This document shows, piece by piece, positions 37,947 to 50,330 of a DNA stretch of 64,000 nt. The notes under the pieces are model-generated. The model was not told where the DNA came from, did no database searches, and was given only the letters and a program-made list of their open reading frames with translations. A program made the position numbers and the translations under genes. Every line of letters starts with the position of its first letter. Positions within the stretch are counted from its first letter, which is position 1. This DNA comes from Octopus vulgaris (Eukaryota). The stretch lies in NCBI GenBank assembly GCA_951406725.2, contig OX597816.1, forward strand, positions 82,646,001 to 82,710,000. Direction: 5' to 3'.

Positions 37947-39264
37947 TATTTCTTGAAGAGATCAATCATTCTTTTTAGCATAAAAGAAAGGTTAAGACAT
38001 TGTAAGGACATAGGAATTCAGCAAACCTAGTTAACCAAACCTGTGGATCAAAATATTCCTCTCACTACTTGGTAACTAAAGCAACTTTGTCATAGGTACG
38101 ACATACCTTGATAGAAGCTTCTAAATTAACTCTGTAAACTGAGATCCAGCTAACTGTACTTTTTGTTTAATTCTATTTCAGATTTGATGTTATGGTTTTT
38201 TTTATTGCTCTAATAAGTTTTACGTATGGAATTTTCATACTGACAAAAACTGCTTCTGCAACTTTCAATGTTTGCATGAATTAAGCACATTTTGAAATTT
38301 ATTTTTAACATACTGAGAGTCGTTTCTAAAGACTTGAGCACCCAACTATAAAAAAAAAAGAAAAGAAAAATGTTTGTAGGTAAGTGAAATCACACTCACC
38401 TCCATAAACCACTTAACCAACTACAATAACAATTATATAGTTAATTATATACGATAATTTAGTAAATTTACTTTGCTAATGCATATCTACAACTCTAATT
38501 ATCAGCCAAGATTCTAATTACAAATTACAATATAAGAGCTAAAACAAACAAACAAACAAACAAAACAGAAACCAAGAAAAAAAAAAAAAAGTCAGAACTT
38601 AAAATATATATACATGCCAGCAGCATAATAAGCATGTAAGTCAAATTATAGTGTGTATGAGAATTGAAGGTTATAGGCTATACAAATTGTCGAGTAGGTG
38701 AGAGAAATTTACTGCAGGAGTAGAGCACTAGATTGACACTTTAACTGATTACCATGCACCACAGCAAAGATCTGTTACATTTTCTTAAAGTGAATTAAAA
38801 AAAAGAAAATAAAGAAACGGTAGATATAATTGTCTTTTCCAGAGCTATAATAAAGCACTTGTGCATGGTATGAACCAGAAGTTGGTAGTACTATATAACT
38901 TTGCATAATTATTTCACCTTTATAGCATTCTGATACAACAAAACATTGTGGAAATTCTAAAGGTACAAAGCATGTTCAGCAACTTCAAAGATACTAACTT
39001 GAAACCCCATTAGAGAATACATCATAAGATCAATAGTGTTAGCAAACAGAAGTGTATTTTTCACTGATATAACTAGTACACTCAGGTGGCTTTAAACAAA
39101 GGTAACTCCTTATTAAACTTTTTGTTACTGAAATACATATATACATGTGAAAACCAGGCAGGCAGGCTAGTTTGAATTAGCATGGAGATCTGCAACATAT
39201 GGTGATAAATTAAAACTTAGTAAAAGTTTCAGACATTTTAACAATATTTTTTTCAAATTCAATA

Positions 39265-39458
39265 CCATATTTTCCCGTATACAAGTTGATGTATATAGTG
39301 CAAACATTCAAACATTGTCACTATCTTTTCAAATCCTGCTTCATTTCACACTGAAATTTTAGTCTTCTAAAATCATCTTGGTGTATAAGTTGATTTACCT
39401 TTTAGAGCTGTAAAAGTTTTGTCTAAAAAAAAATCAACTTGTATGCTGGAAAATACAG
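39265..39458. mobile_element. Tc1/pogo-type MITE (194 bp)
   Basis: 26-bp TIRs ccatattttcccgtatacaagttgat / atcaacttgtatgctggaaaatacag, with TA on both sides. Confidence 0.8.
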
Positions 39459-40153
39459 TATGGCAGTTTTATATTTAGACATTTATTTAAATATTATGGT
39501 ACCAGGTATTTTGATAGTAAGATGTCTGACCGGCTTCTACATTAACATCTGCATTGATCATACCATTCAGGAGGGTCTGTAAAGGCTATGGACACTAATC
39601 TTTTCCTTCAGACCTTCTAAGTTTATTGAGATAACAAAAGAGCCTCTACATAGTTACTTGACTTGCCAAAAACAACAGTTCAAATCACATCTTTCAAGCT
39701 TAAAGAAAAAGAAAAAAAGACACTGGCTAATGTAGTTCTTAAAATGGGAAGAGAAGGTCACAGCTGAAAATCAGTGCTGATCAGGAACTAAACAACAACA
39801 AACTAATAAAGGTGTCTCTATACAGTTGCTTGATCTGGTAAAAATAACAAGCAAATTTCACTCAAATCATAAACAACATCTTACAAAAATGAAGGACACA
39901 CTGAATTATGTCATCCTAGATGCACTATATCTACCTGAAAAATAAGTGGGTCTGCTTGATCAGAGGTGACAAAGGCTAAACAACAAAAACTGTGATGTAT
40001 GACTGGAACATGTTTCGATGTAGAATAATGAGATTTAGCTAAAAGAGTTCAATTTCATAGTTGGAAGCAAATTTTGAACCAATTTCCAACAATGTGGTTA
40101 GTATGCTAAAATCTGAAATTAAAAGTAACTGATGACTGATGGTAGTGTGCATT

Positions 40154-40298
40154 CACTAATGTAGCTAGGAGGGAGTGGTGTGGACACTTTCCATCCTGTT
40201 GTAGGCTACAGCTGTAGGCAATATGTGTTTTTTGTGGGGTCTGGGGGTGGAAAATGGAAGGACTGCCCTGGGTGGCACACACACTAGCTATGCTAGTG
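40154..40298. mobile_element. hAT-type MITE (145 bp)
   Basis: TIRs cactaatgtagctag / ctagctatgctagtg. 8-bp TSD tgtgcatt / tgtgcatg. Confidence 0.75.
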
Positions 40299-40909
40299 TG
40301 TGCATGGCCAAAACTCTATAAAACTTAGAGGAAAAAAAATTTGAAGTTGATTTGCCATGTTTAATTGTTTTGGACCTTAAACATACTACCACATCAGTAG
40401 TTAACTGATCTCTATAGGCTGTGATTAGTGTTAAGAATGACATACAGTTATAACTCCCTCACCCTGTACCTGCTCTAGTTATACACTGATGTGTAAAAAG
40501 GAATAATGAACAATATATGACATTGTGACCACACCTTCTGTCAATGTGGTGACATATGTTCAATATCTGATAGGTCAGCTTAACACATGCAAGTATGAAA
40601 TAACAAAACTTTTAAAGAACATCAAGAAAAAGTTGCTGAAAGAATAACAATGATGATTGACAATATGATAACAATGACGAGAACTATGATAATATAGTAA
40701 CTACAATAGCTATACAATAACATGATGAGACTATGATATAACTACGATGACAACATGATAAATATGATATGATATGCAACGACAATACAGTAAATATAAT
40801 GATGATGAATGTATTTTTTGGTGTCATTAATTAACTTGTTGAAAAACAACAAAAACATCAACTGATAGTGGGACTCTATACATAAAGTAGAGTGAAGTTT
40901 TATCAATAA

Positions 40910-42300
40910 CTAGCTGAATTACCCAGTGTTGCCCAGGATACTGCTGTTCTTATTCAGATTAGTAAACAATAAATATGAAGATTTTTTTCTCGTAATTATT
41001 TCAAAATATCTATATTTTATTAAAAAAATACCCAAATTGTAATGATAATAGAATTTAGAACAGAAAATCTGTTCATCTTGAAGCACCTCAGGGTAAACAA
41101 TATTCATTGTGCAATTTTTTGTTGGTGTCCAAATGAATAAATTGGTGCTGCTTCCAACTCATGAGCAACCAACATAGAGTTGGCCATGGTAGAAGCATGT
41201 AGTAGAGAGATGAAGTCCTACTACCTGGAGGGGATTGACCCTGAGATTTGTTAACTGAAATACCAAAACTTAGTTTGACTGGAAACTGAAGCCTCTTAAA
41301 TTCAAAAGGAACATCTGTAAGTATGAGAGGAAAATTTTGGAATAAAGACATTTTCTTCTTTGTGACTACCTGCTATGATTGCTGCCTATAGGACATGGGG
41401 CTTTATGGAAGTAACAATTAAGTGAGTTGCATTACACATAATGGGAGCACTCAGCAACATAATGGGAGCACTCAGTTTTAGTGTCAAGTTATGCAGTGGC
41501 ATCCCAGTGGGATTAAGTGTGTTCAGAAATTCAACAGGGTATTGAACAGCCTAATCTTGATCGACTGTTATGTGAATTGATGGAAAAGTCATTTCTGATG
41601 TATCAGTTAACTTTTGAAGAAGTTCATGATTAAGTTTATCAACCATTTCATTAGTTGGAGCCAGTAGAGTTCTTTCACATAATCAGTATACATCAGTGTA
41701 ATTGACAATCCCACTTTCACCCTTACACACATACACTGACACACATATATACACTCACATATATTAAGACAAACACACATAAACATACATTTACGTAACG
41801 AATGCACAAACACACACATACTCATATACAAAATGTCATCATAGTAGTGGTATGAAATGTCCTTTACTATCTTGTACCTAACAAATGCACATACACACAT
41901 TCACAAACACACACACACTCAGATGCAAAATGTGACATTGTTGTTGTCATCATGGTATAAAATGTTCTTTACTATCTCGTATGTATCAAACACACAAACA
42001 CATACACACTCAGATACAAAATGTGTCACGGTGGTAGGGGTATAAAATGTCCTTTACTACGTTGCATGTAATGAACACGCAAACACACATCATATACAAA
42101 ATATGATGTCGTGGTAGTGGAATAAAATGTCCCTTACTATAATTGCCTATAGAAAGATTATTTTTGGAAAAATATTATATTGTTTTAATCCAAATGAAAA
42201 TAAAAATTACATGCTGATACTCATGGGGTCTAATCCTATTACCTTGTAAAATTTGATTTGATTTGCTCAAGCCATTTGAGAATGATATGATGTAATTAAC
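40910..42300 (-). mobile_element. Non-autonomous Helitron retaining the helicase C-terminus
   Basis: 3' end cctgggcaacactgggtaattcagCTAG|t at 40910. Remnants YPVEFLNTLNPTGMPLHNLTLK, DVPFEFKRLQFPVKLSFGISVNKSQGQS and NIVYPEVL. The 5' boundary is uncertain. Confidence 0.85.
41828..42140. repeat. ~90-bp minisatellite, 4 copies, inside the Helitron
   Basis: Repeated caaaatgtg...gtggtataaaatgtcctttactat...(ca)n. Confidence 0.8.
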
Positions 42301-42822
42301 AATGCTGATGAATACGATGAAACTAGAATAAATGACAATAGTAGTAAAGATGATACCAATGTAATAACAATGAAGAGGTTGAAAATTATGATAGTTTGTT
42401 AATTATGTATAAAGTATGAGACAAGTGTAGTTTAAGGTCTTAGTTTGGGACATCCTTTGTACTTTATCCCCTAATTTATTAAGCTTCAACTTATATTTTT
42501 GTTTTCATTATGAGCTTTTCTTCATAGCTTCTTTATCCACATGAGTTTACAGATGATCCAGGTGTCATTACTCCACCTTTATTATGCACACATATTTTAG
42601 CAAATACAACCAAACCAACATGAAAGATTAAGTAAATCTTCATGAAATTTGAAAACATAATCATGATTTAAAGAAATAAATGTGAAGTCAAATAATCTTC
42701 CTCAAATCTCTATATTGAATTAATTCAAACTAAGCTATTGTAGTTATCCCTATCTCCTAGACTAGAAAGGCCTATAAAAGTCAAGGATGTTTTCTCTTCT
42801 ATTCAGAATAACTTTTTTTTTC

Positions 42823-42853
<31 letters not shown>

Positions 42854-45030
42854 CATATTTTTTAGAGTTGGTGTAAATGTCACCTCACTCAACACATCAA
42901 TAAATTTTGATATTGTATTGTATTGTTGGAACAATTGATTTTTTTCTCTTTATAGTTGGTTATTCCTTTATATTATTCATCAGTGAAGGGAAGCTTCTTA
43001 CTTGTTTGTCAACTAGGCAGACTTAGCAGAAACAATGTCACTTGTTCAGGGCAGTAGTAGCAGCAGTGCTTCTACATCAGAAAGTATTTTACACTAAGTC
43101 AGGCTATTTTACCTCAATACCAATTGGATTTAAGGTTAGAATATTACATGAAGCAGTTGACTGAACATTGTTGTAAATAGTTTCATAGAATAAAGAAGTG
43201 CAGGCATGGTTGAATAGTTGTGAAGTTTACTTCATAATCACATGATTTCAGGTTTGGTCCTACTGTGCTGCCCTTTGGGCAAGGATCAACTATAGCCTTG
43301 ACTAATGTCTTGTAAATGGAATCAATAGATGGAAACTAAGAGGAGGCCAGTGTAATTGTGTGTCATTTGTGTGTGTACTCATTAACATAATTTCAAAAAA
43401 ATATGGTGTCTTTGTTAGCTTTCTCCAGTAAGGAAAAATCCTGTAGTTTCAGCAATTTTATTGTTTTTGATGTGTGAAGATAAGGGGAATGAAAATACTT
43501 TATTGGAAAACAAATAAGTGTTTGCAATAGAAAGAATATCCAACCTGAGAAAATCTGCCTTATGGTTTAAACCACATGTTAGAAAGATGATGGTGATGAA
43601 AGACATAAAATACTGAGTGATGTAAACTGCTGATGCATTGTAGTAATTTCTTAGTGCTAGGTAGATAACAGGAGCATAGAGTAAACAAGTCATGAAATAG
43701 TTTGGAATAGTGAAATTTTTATATTTCAAGGGGATGTATCTTCATATCTTACTCAAGTCACAATTTTCCCATCAAATTCTAATATTTCCAAATAAAATTT
43801 ATTTCTTTATCTTCTATTTACAGGACCTGTTCCCTTTTCTCTGGCAATGCTTGCAAGGAGGAACATTTCCAAGAGCATCTGTTACAGCAGTTGAGATCAT
43901 ACTTAACTGACACAAGACTTCAATACATTCCCTAGCACTGAACTAAAATGTTGTACACTTTAAATAACGTTTCTAAAGAACTAGGTTTTAATTTGTCATA
44001 ATTTATGGACAACAAACTCTACTATTAGAACAGTTGTAGTAGTAACTACTATACTGACATTAGTAAGATGTCAGTAGTCTTTGTCCCATAAAGGTCGAGA
44101 CATTGATGACAAACTCTACAGAAAGAGTAGATAAATGTCATAACAACTGTACAGCTATCATGTAGCTCAATGATGAAATAGCTCTACAGTTAACACTACT
44201 ATAGTATTAGGATCAACTTTCAGTCGTCTTACTATGCTTGTCATTAGGCTATTGGGAGTAATGCCACTGCTATAAATGAAACTACTGTATGAACCAATGA
44301 GAAGAGGTTGTAAGTGGTTGTTTGATTTGCTTGAAATAGCAGCCAAGTCTCCATTAAATAATTCCTTATAGATGATGATACTATAATATCATTACTTGAA
44401 TATTATAGTATTGGTGCATTGTTTGTGTGCTTTGCAGTAGGTCACAAAAGATCATGGGAATACTGTTATAACTGAACACAGCAATGCTAGATTTAAAATT
44501 AAAATAAAACTAGACAGAAAAATACTTATTGATAGCACTACCATCCTATATTGAATTCCACAAAAAGTAAATACATAAATAACAATAAGAAATGAATAAC
44601 TAGAATAACTATGGTAGGTTTATTCATAGTAAAATACAAATAAAAAAAATCAACACAGATATAGCACATGTGAAATAAACCATGGAATTTATCAAAAGTT
44701 AACCAATGAACAATTTTAAATATATCATTAACGATCTTCATCAGTTGTAACATTATTCTCATGCCAGTACTACAATTTCATTTAGATTATTTAGATAATG
44801 GAATCAAGATATGTTGAAATGCCAATGGACTTAGGAACATTATCGTTCAAAACTAAACAAAGAATCCATGAGGAAATATGAAAATTTGTTAATATAAATA
44901 AAAGAAATAAACATGAAACATGGTTGTGTCTTCAATACAACATGCCTAAAAGAGAAACTGTTTCTTATTGCCATTGATACAACAGTAGCTGAAAAGGTAT
45001 GACTGTAAAAGAAAAAAAGGGCCAACTCAC

Positions 45031-45127
45031 ATTTGCGTCCGGTGCCCCAGATCACCCAGTGTTGACTTTCGGCCATTGTTAATATGGCTGAAGTCAAGCC
45101 GTAGTTTCTGGCGTTTTTCTCCCGGAG
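45031..45127 (-). CDS. MAP2K4: MAP2K4 exon (97 nt) with MAPK docking (D) motif
   Basis: ctttttcAG/GTGAGT boundaries, phases fit. Translates PGEKRQKLRLDFSHINNGRKSTLGDLGHRTQ(I); KRQKLRLDF corresponds to vertebrate KRKALKLNF. Confidence 0.88.
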
Positions 45128-45899
45128 CTGAAAAAGATAAAAACATTGGTAAATCTCTATAAGGAAAATAAAATTATTTCTCATTTGTCAGTAAATTCCT
45201 GTCTGTTATATTAAATTATCTAATGATTGATTTGACAATCTATTTAATTATCCATTCATAAGTTCACATAAGTATCTGTCAATTTATCTATTACTGATAA
45301 AACTCTTTTTGTGTTGGTACTGAAACCTTCAATATATCTTGATTGGCATTAGGAAGGGCATCCAACTGCAGAGACCATGCCTAAAATGACACTGGAGTTT
45401 GATGGTCTTTGACAGCTTGTTGGATCCTGTCTAACTGTCCAACCCATGCCAGCATAGGAAACAGATGTTAAATGATGATATATATGTGTGTGTAAATATA
45501 CATTAGAAACTGCCCAGTGGAAGGATGCTTTGTGTTGGGCCTAATTTAGGTAAAGCTGTGATACTCGTAGAAAAAATATGGTTATATAATGTAAACACAT
45601 ACCATCTTGTTGGTGAAAAAATAGCATGAGGTGATGGCAAAAGTTACTCAATTAAGTGGCACAGGGAAAAAGTGGTAACAGTGAAATGCAAGAGGGTTGG
45701 ATACAGTCAGAATTATACAAGAGTAAAAAGAATGGGAACATTACTGCGTTACAGACATGACTGATTAAACTAAAGTCATTGTGATGAGGACTTCAAAATT
45801 ATACATATATATATTTATTTTTTACTAATGACAGACGGACCAGCCAGACAGGGAAATCTCTTTCAAGGATTTAGGCAATTGGATCAATCCCAGTACTTT

Positions 45900-46200
45900 G
45901 TCATAATCATCATCATTTAAAATCTGCTTTCCATGTTGGCATGAGTTGGACAGTTTGACAAGAGCTGGTTATGTAGAAGTTTGCACCATGCTTCGCTGTT
46001 TGCTTTGGCATAATTTTTACAGCTGGATGCCCTTCCTAACGTCAGCCACTCCGCAAAGTGGACTGAAGGCTTTTTACATGGCACCAGCACAGGCGAGGTC
46101 AGTTTTGGCATGGGTTTTTACTGCTGGATGCCTTTCCAAATGCCAACCACTTTACAGTGTGGACTTGATGCTTTTTATGTGGCATTAGCACTGGCAGGGT
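45900..46200 (-). mobile_element. RTE-type 3' tail fragment with internal module duplication
   Basis: (CAT)n-ttaaaatctgctttccatgttggcatgagttggac...acagctggatgcccttcctaacg. The ctggatgcc module occurs twice. Confidence 0.75.
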
Positions 46201-49200
46201 TACCAAATAACTTACAAGACAAAAATCCTTTGAAAGGGGAGGTGGCATTGGAGGAAGTGATCTTGTGCCAGATGATGAAAAGTTAGAATGTGACAGAGAG
46301 ACAGAAACAGGTGTCTTCTTGTACTTATTTTATTGATTACATACGTAAAGGTGAAGTTGACCTGGACAATGTTTGAAGTCAAAATGTAAAGGGTTGATTA
46401 TATCAAGCCTGGTAATCAACTGGTACTTATTTTATCAACTGCAGATGGATGAAAAGGTACAGGTGACTCAAAAGATGAACTCTGGACATAAAAAGATATA
46501 ACTAAATGCTACAAGGAATTTAGTCATTGGTCTACCAATAATGCCTTCCATTACCATAATAATGCTTTCATATTTTGGCACAAGGCCAACAAAAGTGTGC
46601 AATGTTTAAGCCTAACTGAAGGGTATTTGTGAAATGGCTGTTCAGCACTAAATTAGCATGAAATCAGCCTGATCAAGCATTTCAGCTATGATCACCCTAT
46701 TATTTCATATTTCAGGAACTATATTAACTAAAATGTACTTCTTTTTTAGGACAATAAAGTGTAATTAGAGGAAAATTTGGTTGCAATTTCAAGTGCATCA
46801 AGTGAACACATAGGTGTTCTTTTCTAGATTTGGGTATGTATATAAAATGTAAATGCAAGAGGGTTATTTTTTTAAGGAACAGTGTTTAATTCTGGTTACA
46901 CAGCATTGAGTGAATGAGAAATAATATGCCCTTAGACACATCTCTCATACACTAACTTCATATGCTGCAATTAATATTTTCTGATGATCTCATTTTTATT
47001 CATGATAGAGGAACCAAAGCAACAAGAAATGAAATGCTTGGAGTGGATTTGAAATTCTCAGCCAAGAGTTAGTAATCCAACATGTTATACATTTGTTCTT
47101 GTCCTAATTCATGTGTATATGTTTTATTAGCTATTAAAAAAAATCTACAAATTAAGTCTCATACTGAACTCTTTTAAAGAAGTTTACAAAGGAACATCTA
47201 TGTACATTTAATATAAAATGTCATTGTAGAGAACTGTTGGTTTCTGAGCCAAATAATGTCCATTAGTCTTTAAAAATTGATTTGAGAGTGTTGTCCTAGA
47301 TAGACTATGACTAAAATAAAAGTTGGAATGGCCAGAGTTAAAATACCTTTCAGTATAAGCCCACTTAATGAGGAACAAAAACAATAAACCAACAATGGAG
47401 TTTCTACTTAATATCCTGCAAAATGGAATAAACGGGACAAAAGGAGACATGGAATATCCTGCTTCATATAACTAAATTTCTCTCAAACCACACAAACATT
47501 GGATGATGTAGTCCTAGATATACCATGCCTAGTAATGGTCAATGTTTAAAATTAGATAATTCTTGTAAACAGTAAATAAATGACACAGAATGGTGTAGTA
47601 CATAATGGCAGCACAATAAAATTGTTGAGTGTTCTACTGGTGTGTGACTGGTGTTTGCACAGAGAAGTAGTTTGGTTCCACTGGGCTCTTCTCTAAGAGG
47701 TTTGCTCACCAACTGATGAATAACTCAGCTCAGTACTAACAGAATTGATTGCCTGATAACATTATATTGACTAAAGAAAAAAATGTACTGTAACCCATCA
47801 ATCTCATGTTACTCAAATGAAAATTTTTATGAGGTACTTCAAAAGATGATGAAGGGATTTCAACTCAGCTCCACAAGTTAATCAACAGATAAGCAATCAC
47901 TTTCTTCTACTGTATCTCCTCATGGCACCTTTTTGTGTCCACATAGACTGGGTCACTGAGAGTTAGCTGAAGGGTCTTTGCCAGAGAGATTGTGTAAACT
48001 AGACAACAAGATACAGTTTCCTGAATATTCAGCTGGTAGGCCTTCTGAAATGTCTATCTCATGGTCTGCATGTAACAGATACCCAGCTACAGTCAAGGCT
48101 GACTGAAGCATTCAACTACAGCTCTGCCTCCATTAATATAGACACACTCCAGAAAGGAGACACAAACATTGACACACAAATGGAGTCGTGTACAGACAGT
48201 CACACATGACTTCATACATACTTGCATGTATATGCAAAAGCTACTTTTTGTTTTCTAGAATGATCAATATTACATAGTTCAATGTATAGCAATGATGGCT
48301 GAACTAAGCTCTCTCATATAAGTTTAACTGATCTGAGGTCTGATGTACTTCCTTGTTCCTGAGGCAGCTCAGAACTGGTTCTTACATGAAACAAAGCAGT
48401 GAGCAAGCACAAACAGAAAACCAACAAGCAATCAATCAAATGAATCACTAATCAATACAAGCAACAAACTTATCAAGAATAGAGTTGCTGTCTTGTGGAC
48501 TAAACTGTATCACAGTTATTATTTAGACTTATCCATCTCTCATATTCAATTCCTTCATTTGGTCTTTCATCAGAGTCTCAACAAACTAAGATAATGAGTT
48601 ACACTGGAGATGATTTAATTTACTGTGTATATTTTCTTCTGATAATATTGGTCTTGTGACTAGTCATAGGGAAATATGAGTTCTGAAGTGGCAGAAATGT
48701 AGAGCACTGGAGTAATGCAGTGAGTCATTTAGTTTATATTCATGTTCCAATCCTACTACAGCTGACTTGGCTTTCAATTTCCCTTAGGTTTAATAAAATA
48801 AGCATTAGTCATGTATTGGAGTCAATCAAATAGATTACACACCTTTCACATAATGTGTGGCCATGTGTAATAGTAGTAGTAGTGAGATTGAAGAATACCA
48901 AATGAAATATATTATAGTATTTAGTTTGTCCCTCCCAGTCCATAGTTTAAACATTACTGAGGTTGACTTTTTGCTTGCTTCATTCAAGGGACAATAAGTA
49001 CCAGTAATATCCAGGAGTAAATTTGATCGAACATATTCCTATTAATGTGTGATTTTGTGTCAGTTTGAGAAATAAACAATTTTAATCTTATGGGTTGTTT
49101 TTCTAGTTTAGAGTCAGACAAACCCTGATTTACAAGAATTATGATCAAAGACATTTTGACTAAGAGTTCATGATCTAATATGTATCTATTTAAAGCATAC

Positions 49201-49236
49201 TGGAATGGTTTCACAGAGATTTGGTTCTGTTCCTAG

Positions 49237-49497
49237 CAGGGCTGTGAAGTTGAAACAAAAAACTTCAACTCCGACTCCTCTACTATTGGCACCTCTGACT
49301 CCAACTCCTGTTTATGTAATTTAGTGACTGTGGTTTACATATCTTATAATGCATATGCTTGTACTCTGAGTAGGCCTATATGTTATAACTGGTTTACATT
49401 AAAGAATAAAGATATTCTGAGTTGGAGTCAGTATAGTTTTACCAACCCTGATGCCATCTACCCCTTAATTGTTTCCGACTCCGACTACACAGCCCTG
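49237..49497. mobile_element. hAT-type MITE (261 bp)
   Basis: TIRs cagggctgtg / cacagccctg, subterminal (ctccga/ctccaa) repeats, 8-bp TSD gttcctag / gttcctac. Confidence 0.82.
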
Positions 49498-49857
49498 GTT
49501 CCTACAGGCTTTCCTCACATTATTCTATTTAATAGAAGTTGTTAGAAATAGTAGACTACAAAACTAAATATACTAATCATTCTATCGGCTTCTGAGTTTA
49601 AATACTGACGGGGTTGAATATGCCTTATTCAGCAGTTTGATATAAAACAAGAATCATAATACCATAAGGGAGATTTAATCAATTATATATCACCCCTAGA
49701 AATACTGGCAATGCGCCTAACAAAGAAATCAATATAAGCAATTATATATTTACATGACTAACTACTTTGACAAAAGCAGCTGTAACTTAAATATGTCTAT
49801 CATAACTGATATAAAGATCAATAGAAGGGCAAGTTGAGACTAAGGGAAGGCATGACC

Positions 49858-50330
49858 GAGAGAAAGTAAGACCGACACAAAGTGAGACCAAGAGCAGGTG
49901 AGACAGACACAAAGTGAGACCCAGAGAAGAGAGAAGACTGACACAAAATGAGACCAAAACTGGTGAGACTGACACAAAGTGAGATCCTGAGAAGGTAAGA
50001 CTGACATAAAGTGAGACCAAAACCAAGTGAAACTGACACAAAGTGAGACCCAGAGAAGATAAGACTGACATAAAGTGAGACCAAGAGCAGGTAAGTCTGA
50101 CACAAAGTGAGATCCAGAGAAAGTAAGACCCAGAAAAGAGGAGACTGACATAAAGTGAGACCCAGAAAAGAGGAGACTGACAAAAGGTGAGACCCAGAAA
50201 AGAGAAGACTGACATAAAGTGGGACCAAGAGCAGGTAAGTCTGACACAAAGTGAGACCCAGAACAGGTAAGACTGGCACAAAGTGAAACTCAGAGAAGAT
50301 TAAACTGAGACCAAGATAAAATGAAAGTAA
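49858..50330. repeat. 32-bp minisatellite, ~13 copies
   Basis: Unit gactgacacaaagtgagacccagagaaggtaa with a variable second half. Confidence 0.95.

Noticed and set aside
49787-50281. Hydrophobic 135-164 aa ORFs in all three minus frames (also 53286-53708)
   Set aside because: They come from the stop-free strand of the 32-bp minisatellite, whose period is not a multiple of 3.
49858-50330. CRISPR-like appearance (constant 20-mer + variable 12-mer)
   Set aside because: The variable parts are short, mutually related and recurrent. There are no cas genes and the context is a eukaryotic intron. It is a minisatellite.
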